Position numbers and translations under genes: made by a program | Virus record (IMG/VR): IMGVR_UViG_3300026881_000001 | Span: 1 to 50,075 of that record | Length of the DNA: 50,075 nucleotides | Strand: one strand, 5' to 3' | Source of the DNA: a virus | Lineage: Duplodnaviria > Caudoviricetes | Part shown: piece after piece, positions 18,132-25,751 of the stretch | Layout: each line of letters begins with the position of its first letter | Numbering within the stretch: position 1 is the stretch's first letter | The notes under the pieces: generated by a model | What the model was told of the DNA's origin: nothing | Seen by the model: only the letters and a program-made list of their open reading frames with translations | Databases searched by the model: none

Positions 18132-20052
18132 AGCTCTCAGCAGTCAGGGGTAATCCTCTCGCCCATGATATTTGTTGCCCCATGATGGCATTTACTTCTT
18201 GCACACTCCCTTTTCGTTCGGGCATTTCCAGAACAACTTCATCATGTACGTGCATCACAATTTCATAACCGGCATTATCCAGTCTCAGCATTACATCTGC
18301 CAGACAATCCCTTGCTACAGCCTGTACAATGTTCTCCACCAGTTTACCCCCGTAGGTATCCTGGCTGCCCCATTGTTTACTGGTCTGGTCCATTCCTTCA
18401 TAAGTCAGGGATTCACTGTTAAATCTGTTTGGTTTTAGCTTAGGCCGCAGGTAGGAAAGTTTTCTACCGCTTGGCAATTCGATAAATAGAATATCATTTG
18501 AGGTATAGAATTTTATCCCGTTGCCTACTGTCTCAACAGTGCCATTAGTAAAGGCTTCTATTGCCGCCTCTTCTACTTTTTTCCAGTAATTAACGATTGC
18601 CCGGTTAGCATTGCGCCACATCTTTACCAACCTTGGTAGTTCTTCTTCTAATAGCCCCATTTTTAATGCTCCCATTCTCACTAAGGCATCAGGACCGCCC
18701 TGGTAGCCCAAAGCCAATTCGGATACTTTACCTTTTTGGCGCAGGTCCGATCCTTTGGTTACTTTCTCAATTGGTATTTTGAACATCTGAGCTGCGGAGG
18801 CTTCATAGATTTTGCCATGCGTGTTAAACACATCAAGCCTCCATTTCTCACCAGCTAACCAGGCAATTACACGGGCTTCTATCGCTGAGAAATCCGCAAC
18901 GATGAAGCGATGCCCCGGAGATGCTACAAAAGCAGTTCTAATGAGTTGTGAGAGGGTATCAGGAACATTACTGAATAACATTTCCAGCAGCTCCAAATCG
19001 TTTTCTTTAACCAGTTGACGGGCTAAGTCTAAATCCTTTAACTGGTTCTTGGGTAGATTCTGAACCTGAACCAAACGCCCTGCCCATCTACCGGTACGGT
19101 TAGCGCCGTAATATTGTAATAAGCCCCTAACCCTTTTATCTCCACACAATACGTTCATCATTGCCTCATACTTCTTTACAGAAGTTTTAGACATTTCCTG
19201 TCTTATTTGAAGCATGCGCTTTACTTGCTGGCAATCTATTTCACTGAGAAGTACAGGTACTGATTCTTTAGTAAGGCTTTTAACGGCCTCTCCTGTTTGT
19301 TCTTCTATCCATTCCTTTAACTGCGCGGCGCTGTTTGGGTTAGTAATGCCTGTTAGGGCTATGGCTTCCGTGTAGAGCCTTTCCCGGTAGTTAATATCAA
19401 AATCAATGGCGTTCTGTACAAATACAGGATCGATTAAAACACCTTTATCGTTAATTCTTTGATCCAACCGCCAAAGCTTTTTTTCATTAGCCGGTATTTC
19501 AAAAAATGCTATTTTCTTATTAATTGCTTTCTCCACTGCAACGTCCTGCCGGCAGTATTCTTTAAACTGGTTCCACTTTTCAATATCGTGATGTGGTAAG
19601 TTGCGTGTTCTCTCGCCATTTGCCTTGGTTGGTTTGCAGGGGAGAGAAAAAAACTTTATCAACGCTTTACCGGCAGTATCCTTTTTTTGTTCAAGTCTTA
19701 GAGCTTTTGCCGCTGCATCAAGATTCAGAGGCAGACCAAGCATTGAGCCTTTTACCTGGGTGCATTCCCATTCGGTTGATGGTAGCTTACGCAATAAATA
19801 CTTTTGTAAACACGTCCTTTCAAAATTTGCGTTGTAAGCGGTTTTAAGAACGTTCATATTAAAAAGCGCATCCATTATCCTGTGGGGGATTTCTTCGCCT
19901 TGTGCCAGGTCTATAACTTCGATAGGCTCATTATTGAATTGATAGGCGAATAGTAATACATCAAAGTCTTTAGCTTCCACGTATTTGTATACCCCTGATT
20001 TTATAAGATCAGTCGAGCTGTATGTTTCAATATCTATCGCAAGGGTATTCAT
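18103..20052 (-). CDS. DNA polymerase family A with 3'-5' exonuclease
   Basis: AIDIETYS, AYNANFER, RTGRWAG..QVQNLP, DFSAIEAR, RQKGKVSELALGYQGG, HVHDE. Confidence 0.96.
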   Translation of the reverse strand: MNTLAIDIETYSSTDLIKSGVYKYVEAKDFDVLLFAYQFNNEPIEVIDLAQGEEIPHRIMDALFNMNVLKTAYNANFERTCLQKYLLRKLPSTEWECTQVKGSMLGLPLNLDAAAKALRLEQKKDTAGKALIKFFSLPCKPTKANGERTRNLPHHDIEKWNQFKEYCRQDVAVEKAINKKIAFFEIPANEKKLWRLDQRINDKGVLIDPVFVQNAIDFDINYRERLYTEAIALTGITNPNSAAQLKEWIEEQTGEAVKSLTKESVPVLLSEIDCQQVKRMLQIRQEMSKTSVKKYEAMMNVLCGDKRVRGLLQYYGANRTGRWAGRLVQVQNLPKNQLKDLDLARQLVKENDLELLEMLFSNVPDTLSQLIRTAFVASPGHRFIVADFSAIEARVIAWLAGEKWRLDVFNTHGKIYEASAAQMFKIPIEKVTKGSDLRQKGKVSELALGYQGGPDALVRMGALKMGLLEEELPRLVKMWRNANRAIVNYWKKVEEAAIEAFTNGTVETVGNGIKFYTSNDILFIELPSGRKLSYLRPKLKPNRFNSESLTYEGMDQTSKQWGSQDTYGGKLVENIVQAVARDCLADVMLRLDNAGYEIVMHVHDEVVLEMPERKGSVQEVNAIMGQQISWARGLPLTAESYETYYYRKD

Positions 20053-20240
20053 TAGCGTTTCTTGGTTTTAGCTTCTTCCTGCTGTAAAACATCAAGGTTA
20101 TCATTGATGTATTGTTTAACGCCCGGATGCGTTACACCTTCTTTGTATAAAAACATCAAGTAGGCTGCCGGAACATTTGCCATGGTTTTGCCTTTGTACT
20201 TACCAAAGGGCATAAGCGTGGTATCAGTATAAGTAACCAT
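20052..20240 (-). CDS. DUF3820-like small protein
   Basis: MPFGKYKGKTMANVPAAYL motif. Confidence 0.75.
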   Translation of the reverse strand: MVTYTDTTLMPFGKYKGKTMANVPAAYLMFLYKEGVTHPGVKQYINDNLDVLQQEEAKTKKR

Positions 20241-20266
20241 AAAAGAACATTTTTGAGGTTTAAAAG

Positions 20267-20292
20267 AAAGCGCCTTTGAACCAAGGCGCTTT
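20267..20292 (-). terminator. Hairpin/terminator after SSB gene
   Basis: aaagcgcctt-tgaacc-aaggcgcttt. Confidence 0.65.
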
Positions 20293-20316
20293 ACTGTTTA
20301 GCGGGGTATTGAGTGA

Positions 20317-20901
20317 TTAACCTAATAAATCGTCTTCGTCAGGACTGGCGAAATCCTCGTCTTCTACAACTATCTCTGCAAAATCAGATTCAGCAGTAGC
20401 ACGACCACCTAACGGCTCACCGTCTTTAACTTTCATAATGTGGTTAAGTCCACAGGCCACACCTTTACTACCATTGGTATTGAAAGGATAGAAAGTAACA
20501 CTGGCATATCCATAACAGCCGCTGTATACTTCGTCCTGGTCCATGATCTTATTAAGCTTTTTATCAACAACACCAGGTTGTGTTTTACAATTAGCGTTAA
20601 TAAAAAAACTGTCTGCATAGGCTTCGTCGTCGGGCCTGTCTGCGTCTCCATCACGTAATGGGTTTTTCCAGTTAGCGGGAATCTTACCGCCGAACTTGCT
20701 TGTTTTACCTGCTTCTTTTGCAGCTTCAATAGCGGCCTTAATTTTTTTAATCAAAGCCTTATCGCTCTTAGGGATAATTAAAGAAGCAGAATACTTTTTT
20801 TCCTGCCCTTCTTCTACGGCAGCCGGTTCCCATATATGTAGGTAGCTCAACCGAACAAGAGAGGTTACAACTTTCGTTGCTACGTTTGCTTCTGCGCTCA
20901 T
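20317..20901 (-). CDS. DUF2815 single-stranded DNA-binding protein
   Basis: VRLSYLHIWEP, KYSASLIIPK, PLRDGD, EVYSGCY, GEPLGG, acidic C-terminal tail. Confidence 0.92.
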   Translation of the reverse strand: MSAEANVATKVVTSLVRLSYLHIWEPAAVEEGQEKKYSASLIIPKSDKALIKKIKAAIEAAKEAGKTSKFGGKIPANWKNPLRDGDADRPDDEAYADSFFINANCKTQPGVVDKKLNKIMDQDEVYSGCYGYASVTFYPFNTNGSKGVACGLNHIMKVKDGEPLGGRATAESDFAEIVVEDEDFASPDEDDLLG

Positions 20902-20936
20902 TTGTTTTAGTGTTAAATAGTGAAAAAAGAGGTTAT

Positions 20937-22109
20937 TTATTCAGTCACGACAACGTCCTTAAAGTCCGCCTGTGCGGCTTCTTCTGTATTGAACTCAGGG
21001 CGTTTATCGCTATTAGGAACAAGGGTTGGTTTACCTGGTGGCTTGATAGTCAAATCAGCTAAAAGTTTGTTGAACTCTGCTTTGCCGATCTCTTTTTCCA
21101 TGGCAGTGATGTCAAGCAGCTTTTTAGAGTAAATCACTTCTTCATCAAAGCCGCTGGAAGTAAGCTTATTGGCAACAGAGGTTTCATCAAGATACTTTCT
21201 GTTGCTACGCCCTTCTACTAACTTGTAACCTGGCCATTTCTTATTATTGTCGATAGCCTCAGCTAAAGCGTAGTCGGTTACAGCGGTTAACCAGTTGGTG
21301 AAGTCTTTGGCACGATCAAGTATATCAGCTATTTCTTGGTCGTTTAATAAAACGGCTTGCTTGAAGTCAAACTGTGCAAGCACTAATTGATGATCTGCAT
21401 TAGCCTTACAAACAGCTTTTGCTTTACAGAACTGGCAGTGTTTGCCGGCTACAAATTCACCTTCACCTTTGAAAGCCATTTCAGCCCTTGGTTTCAGTTC
21501 GGTTTCTGCCCATTCTCTCAATTCGATCACGGGTATTTCCCACGTAGATATTGTATCCAAACGAGGTTGGTAAATGGTCATACGAACCGTATCAATATCA
21601 TACATGAAATCGTATTCCCGCAGAGCGCCAAGAGCGTAAAGCATCATTTGCTTATTGTTATCTGCAAACACCGGAACGCCTTTACCGTACTTCAAATCGA
21701 TAATATCAAGAACACTGTTTGCAATAATGATCACATCACCTGTACCAAATCCCTCCGGTACATAATCGGTTAGGTTCAGCTTTTGTTCCAGGAAGATGAT
21801 TGCATCACGTGTATGCGCTTGTGCTTCTGCAAGTCTCTCCATTACGAAGGTTGCATACTCTTCTGCATGGTCTAACATGGCGTTATCGTACAAATCATTC
21901 TTGGCGATTACATCAAACGCTCTTTTAAAAGCGACTTTAGCAACGTTGCCCAGTTTCTCTTTTATGATAAGTTCACTTAAAGCATGCGCCAATGTTCCTT
22001 CGGCAGCAGCTTGCCCGGACCTATCAGGAAATTGCTGTTCCAATCTCGCAGAAGGTGTACAGCTTAACCAACGCGAAGCCCCGGAGGGAGATAGTACGGC
22101 GTGCGGCAT
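20937..22109 (-). CDS. DUF2800 Cas4-like PD-(D/E)XK nuclease
   Basis: HAVLSPSGASRWLSC, EGTLAH, GFGTGD, IIDLKYGKG, QMMLYALGA, HCQFCKAKAVC. Confidence 0.92.
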   Translation of the reverse strand: MPHAVLSPSGASRWLSCTPSARLEQQFPDRSGQAAAEGTLAHALSELIIKEKLGNVAKVAFKRAFDVIAKNDLYDNAMLDHAEEYATFVMERLAEAQAHTRDAIIFLEQKLNLTDYVPEGFGTGDVIIIANSVLDIIDLKYGKGVPVFADNNKQMMLYALGALREYDFMYDIDTVRMTIYQPRLDTISTWEIPVIELREWAETELKPRAEMAFKGEGEFVAGKHCQFCKAKAVCKANADHQLVLAQFDFKQAVLLNDQEIADILDRAKDFTNWLTAVTDYALAEAIDNNKKWPGYKLVEGRSNRKYLDETSVANKLTSSGFDEEVIYSKKLLDITAMEKEIGKAEFNKLLADLTIKPPGKPTLVPNSDKRPEFNTEEAAQADFKDVVVTE

Positions 22110-22468
22110 TAGAGTTCGTTTATTTTTTCAACAAAAGCAGTGAAATTGACAGGATCTAATTCAGAGAGTTTGCCAGCGCCATACTCAGTTAATAACGCTT
22201 TTACTTCATCTCTTTTACCGGCATCTGTCTGCTTTTTAACAGCAGCTCTCACCTCTTCGATTGTGGTTTCTTCATCTTCTTCTTTTGGAGTATTTTGTGC
22301 ATGTGCGGCAATGGCTTTGTTACTAGCAGGTTTAGTTACCGGCTTGATTTCTTTAACAGGCGCTGCCTGTGTACCTGGTACAAGTGCCGAGCCACCAGCC
22401 AGACCGCGCAGAGTTTCAAAAAGTTCTTCCGCATTGGAAGCGACAATAGATAGATTGATGTTAGTCAT
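22109..22468 (-). CDS. Conserved hypothetical protein of the DUF2800-DUF2815-PolA module
   Basis: 119 aa; TIEEVRA...VKALLTEYGAGKLSELDP C-terminal domain; TAATG coupling to the next gene. Confidence 0.75.
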   Translation of the reverse strand: MTNINLSIVASNAEELFETLRGLAGGSALVPGTQAAPVKEIKPVTKPASNKAIAAHAQNTPKEEDEETTIEEVRAAVKKQTDAGKRDEVKALLTEYGAGKLSELDPVNFTAFVEKINEL

Positions 22469-22514
22469 GTGTTTTATTTAATAATTGAATAATGACAGTT
22501 TAAAAAAATGGGAG

Positions 22515-22670
22515 TTATTCACCACCTATAGCGTAGTGCTCTGGAAAGTTTACTTCGTTGGCATCTGATTCGTTAACCTCAAACTCTATACTCCCGTCGG
22601 TTGATTCTTCACTGGCTACCCCTTTTTCTTTTGGGCCACCACACCGTTTTAGTTCGTCTGGTTTTTGCAT
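22515..22670 (-). CDS. Small acidic ORF (51 aa) absent from the ORF track
   Basis: MQKPDELKRCGGPKEKGVASEESTDGSIEFEVNESDANEVNFPEHYAIGGE; A-rich leader AAACAAATAAAA-ATG. Confidence 0.45.
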   Translation of the reverse strand: MQKPDELKRCGGPKEKGVASEESTDGSIEFEVNESDANEVNFPEHYAIGGE

Positions 22671-22834
22671 TTTTATTTGTTTTAGGTGATGTTAATTTTA
22701 ATGGGTATTCAAGGGCATTTATAGAAAAGTATTTTAAAAGAACCCAGTTAAGAATAACCGGGTTCAACCCTTAAATTCTGAGAGAGTTATCCCAAAATCC
22801 CGTGTTAAGGCTAACCGGCTTCGCCGCGATAGCA

Positions 22835-23173
22835 TCAACTATTTAAAAAGTCGTTATGTAGGTCAATGAATTGAGTACCAAAGTATTTTGCGTCCTCTTC
22901 ATTATGGAAGCAAAGGCGGGAACTAACGCTGGCGAACGCGCACCAGAGGTTGACGTAGGAGAAGACAAGACGAGAGCCATTACTGTAGAATAAAGCAAAG
23001 TATTTTCGCTGCTTATTATTCCAATCAGCTTTCCAATTGCCATTAATTGCTGCAGCAATAACTTTTAGTTTACGGTGAGCGATTTCATCAACAGGACCAG
23101 TAGTAAATCTTTCATCGGTCGGATTATCGCCGGTGATGGCACAAGCCTGTTCAAAAGTTTCAGGACGATTCAT
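22835..23173 (-). CDS. DGR target protein 2 (remote)
   Basis: 112 aa; VR encodes GSRLVFSYVNLWCAFASVSSRL. Confidence 0.93.
   Translation of the reverse strand: MNRPETFEQACAITGDNPTDERFTTGPVDEIAHRKLKVIAAAINGNWKADWNNKQRKYFALFYSNGSRLVFSYVNLWCAFASVSSRLCFHNEEDAKYFGTQFIDLHNDFLNS
22914..22979 (-). repeat. DGR variable repeat VR2
   Basis: 66 bp, ungapped against TR, 12 mismatches, all at TR adenines. Confidence 0.96.
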
Positions 23174-23205
23174 TTTATATGTATTGAGATAGTGATGTAA
23201 AAAGG

Positions 23206-23553
23206 TTAGAAAAGAAAGTCGTGATAGAGCTTTTCAAAAGTTGTAGCTGCGTATTCAGCGCCTTCTTTAGTCTCGAAGCAAAGGCGGGAACTAACGAAGG
23301 CGTTCGCGTACCAGAAGAAGACGTAGTTGAAGACAAGACGCTTTTTAGTAGAGTTGTATTCTGTGTATACAATCCACTTGCGTTGATTACCATTACTCCA
23401 ATCAGCTTGCCAGGTGCCGTTAATAGCTTTGGTGATCACCTTTAGCTTTTCATAAGCAATAGTATCCTTTGCCCCTTTCGTGAATTTATCGGCTTTGAGG
23501 TCTTCGCCGGTGGCCTTACAAGCCTGTGCAAATGTTTTAGGACGATTGTTCAT
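23206..23553 (-). CDS. DGR target protein 3 (remote)
   Basis: 115 aa from ATG 23553 (MNNRPKTF aligns with MNRPETF of target 2); VR encodes RLVFNYVFFWYANAFVSSRL. Confidence 0.92.
   Translation of the reverse strand: MNNRPKTFAQACKATGEDLKADKFTKGAKDTIAYEKLKVITKAINGTWQADWSNGNQRKWIVYTEYNSTKKRLVFNYVFFWYANAFVSSRLCFETKEGAEYAATTFEKLYHDFLF
23282..23340 (-). repeat. DGR variable repeat VR3
   Basis: 59 bp, ungapped against TR, 10 mismatches, all at TR adenines. Confidence 0.95.
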
Positions 23554-23583
23554 TGTTATATGTGTTGTATGAATAAACAAGTG

Positions 23584-23688
23584 TTAGAGGTCCAGTGCTT
23601 CGTGATCATCTTTAAGCACTTTAATAGCTTTGGAGAAAGAACGTAGTACAAACACTATTAGCGCTGTTATTGCTAAGGTTGAGGTCAT
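23584..23688 (-). CDS. 34-aa hydrophobic micro-ORF
   Basis: MTSTLAITALIVFVLRSFSKAIKVLKDDHEALDL; ATGA overlap with upstream micro-ORF. Confidence 0.45.
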   Translation of the reverse strand: MTSTLAITALIVFVLRSFSKAIKVLKDDHEALDL

Positions 23689-23792
23689 GGCTTGAAGTTT
23701 TTATAATGGCAATAGAAATAGCCTAACCCAAAAGCCAGTATAGCAACAGCTATAAGCGAAAAGATCGTTGTAGAAACAAATGTTGTTGTCAT
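23685..23792 (-). CDS. 35-aa single-TM micro-ORF
   Basis: MTTTFVSTTIFSLIAVAILAFGLGYFYCHYKNFKP; re-called start inside the 87-aa track ORF. Confidence 0.5.
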   Translation of the reverse strand: MTTTFVSTTIFSLIAVAILAFGLGYFYCHYKNFKP

Positions 23793-23802
23793 ATCAGTTA
23801 GT

Positions 23803-23964
23803 TTATATTTTTTCCGTTTTAACCGCCAAGTATGTGCCGTTACCAATTTTAGGGCGATAGTAATCCGCAAATCGTGAGGCATCTGAATGATCATCTGTTG
23901 CGTAGACCATTGTTTTAATACACCTGTTTTCACCATAATATTCAACATGCACCCGGTATTTCAT
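23803..23964 (-). CDS. 53-aa early ORF absent from the ORF track
   Basis: MKYRVHVEYYGENRCIKTMVYATDD...TEKI; fills the gap exactly and has the same leader AAACTAACTGAT-ATG as the next ORF. Confidence 0.5.
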   Translation of the reverse strand: MKYRVHVEYYGENRCIKTMVYATDDHSDASRFADYYRPKIGNGTYLAVKTEKI

Positions 23965-23965
23965 A

Positions 23966-24151
23966 TCAGTTAGTTTGTTGTAACAGGTTTAGGTTCGGAT
24001 AGTCTTCTATCTTCTCACTGCTAATAAGGTTACATATTCTACTGTTCCACCATTTGCTATGCTTGCTTCGTTTTAAAAGCAGTGTGTTTACCGCCAACAC
24101 GCTTATCATCCAAACAGCGGAAACAGTATATATGCCTATGATTATTTGCAT
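23966..24151 (-). CDS. Small membrane protein
   Basis: 61 aa, N-terminal hydrophobic helix, TAATG coupling. Confidence 0.55.
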   Translation of the reverse strand: MQIIIGIYTVSAVWMISVLAVNTLLLKRSKHSKWWNSRICNLISSEKIEDYPNLNLLQQTN

Positions 24152-24405
24152 TACTTCTTTATTATGAATTGTTGCGGTAAGGATTCAAGTAAGTACACCC
24201 AGTTGCTTTCAGCATTACGTTTGTGCTTTATAAGATTCTGCCGGCGTACACGTCTCATGTCTTCTGCTTTCCAGCCTGTTAGATCCGTGATGTATGTAGC
24301 CGGTACCCAGTGCTCATCTGGATTTTGTTTCTCCACCAGATTGCGAAGTATTTTTACGTCACGTCTAAGTGCAGTAACTTCACGTTGTAATGCTTCGATA
24401 CTCAT
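24151..24405 (-). CDS. Putative DNA-binding (Xis/winged-HTH-like) protein
   Basis: 84 aa, coiled coil followed by WVPATYITDLTGW...RRVRRQ; early operon position. Confidence 0.55.
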   Translation of the reverse strand: MSIEALQREVTALRRDVKILRNLVEKQNPDEHWVPATYITDLTGWKAEDMRRVRRQNLIKHKRNAESNWVYLLESLPQQFIIKK

Positions 24406-24620
24406 TCCAGTCCTATTAACTTGTTCTTGTTAAAGAAGTAATTGCCTCTTAGTGATTTTGCTACTGCGCCGTCCGGGAAGTTGTTTTTGTAAACCCGGTT
24501 AAGCATTGATTTCTTTTGAATGCCCCGGCCATTTTTTAAAAGCTTTCTTGCTTCTTCTAATGGTATCCAGTCTTCCGAATTAGGTAGATGGATAAAACTT
24601 TTTAAGTTCGGTGTGCTCAT
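24402..24620 (-). CDS. Putative excisionase-like HTH protein
   Basis: 72 aa, WIPLEEARKLL...SMLNRVYK...GNYFFNK pattern. Confidence 0.55.
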   Translation of the reverse strand: MSTPNLKSFIHLPNSEDWIPLEEARKLLKNGRGIQKKSMLNRVYKNNFPDGAVAKSLRGNYFFNKNKLIGLE

Positions 24621-24691
24621 TTGTGTGGTTTTGTGTTGGATTATGTAAGGAATATTTCATAGGGATTGTTTAAAGCGTATAGGGGGTTATT

Positions 24692-24901
24692 TTAGCACTC
24701 GACAAGTAGTTCAGAAGGTTCTTTTTGCAAATAGGTAGAGACTGTGTTAAGCACATCGAACTCTATTAACCTGGTAGAATCCCTTTTGAACATCTGAGGT
24801 AGAGAGATCGGCCTTATTTTGAGTGAATTTGCTACTAAGCCAAAAAGCGTTGGGTTATTCATTATCGCTTCTTTTACCTCGTCTTTCAGTTTGCTTGCCA
24901 T
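24692..24901 (-). CDS. Cro-like repressor
   Basis: 69 aa helical protein, first gene divergent from cI. Confidence 0.65.
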   Translation of the reverse strand: MASKLKDEVKEAIMNNPTLFGLVANSLKIRPISLPQMFKRDSTRLIEFDVLNTVSTYLQKEPSELLVEC

Positions 24902-25025
24902 GAGTTTGTATATTTGATTACCTTAATTGACAAGTCAAAGATAAGGTAAGATTTCTCACATTTTAAAATAAAAGTGAGATTTATAACAAATTTAGAAATC
25001 TTACAATAAAACAAACTTTTATTAA
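24902..25025. promoter_or_regulatory. Lysis/lysogeny switch: two promoters and 14-bp operators
   Basis: TATATTTG (+, 24909-24916) and TATCTTTG (-, 24936-24943); operators GTAAGATTTCTCAC 24946, GTGAGATTTATAAC 24974, TTTAGAAATCTTAC 24991; fourth copy GTGAGATTTCTAAC at 25204. Confidence 0.75.
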
Positions 25026-25751
25026 ATGAATTCTAATAAAGACATATCAAACGTGCTTGAAAGAATAAAAAAAGAGTATGGATTGACGCAGATTGAGATT
25101 GCAGAAAGCATAAATTACAGTAGAGAATATCTTTCACAAGCCAAGAAAAACAATTCAGAAGCACTTTTAAACTTACTAATTGATAAATTTCCACCTAAAA
25201 AAAGTGAGATTTCTAACAATGACAACCCTGATTTGATTTATAAAATGGAAGAGCCACAGGAATCGTATACGGTTACTCGCAGAAATAAAAAGAATAAAGA
25301 TGATTTTTATAAAGCCCCTCTTGTATCAATTAAGGCCCAAGCCGGCTATGTAAGATCTTATGATCAAACTGATTATGTTGATACCTTAGAGAAATATGCT
25401 CTTCCACCAGGTATTACCTACCATGGCGCTGTTTGGCGATATTTTGAGATAGAAGGTAATAGCATGCACCCAACATTTGCTAACGGGGATATTGTGTTAG
25501 CAAGTCAAGTACCACAGGTAGATTGGGAAGATATTAGAAACTTTTATATTTACGTACTTGTGACCGATACTAGAATCCTTATAAAAAGGATTTTTGCGAA
25601 GTCTCATAATGAATGGGTATTGATCAGTGATAACGAAGAGGAATATGGACAAGTGCTTTTTGATATCAGTGAGTTAAAACAACTTTGGATATTTAGAAGG
25701 CATTTAAAAAGAAGTGCGCCACCACCAAAACAATTTAAAATTACTGTATGA
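25026..25751 (+). CDS. CI-like repressor (HTH plus S24 autopeptidase)
   Basis: LTQIEIAESINYSREYLS HTH; FEIEGNSMHP catalytic Ser; LIKR catalytic Lys; LISDN. Confidence 0.93.
   Translation: MNSNKDISNVLERIKKEYGLTQIEIAESINYSREYLSQAKKNNSEALLNLLIDKFPPKKSEISNNDNPDLIYKMEEPQESYTVTRRNKKNKDDFYKAPLVSIKAQAGYVRSYDQTDYVDTLEKYALPPGITYHGAVWRYFEIEGNSMHPTFANGDIVLASQVPQVDWEDIRNFYIYVLVTDTRILIKRIFAKSHNEWVLISDNEEEYGQVLFDISELKQLWIFRRHLKRSAPPPKQFKITV

Noticed and set aside
20937-22109. Cas4-like gene as part of a CRISPR-Cas system
   Set aside because: No other cas genes or array; standard DUF2800-DUF2815-PolA phage replication module
15640-23340. Four similar 60-bp repeats as a CRISPR array
   Set aside because: Dispersed rather than regularly spaced, three lie inside ORFs, and mismatches are adenine-specific
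22843-23393. Alternative-frame ORFs 22843..23058 and 23175..23393 sharing LVPAFAS
   Set aside because: Shifted-frame readings of the VR repeats inside the real target genes
23685-23948. 87-aa ORF as given in the track
   Set aside because: Better explained as a 53-aa ORF (23803-23964) plus a 35-aa ORF (23685-23792), each with the same leader
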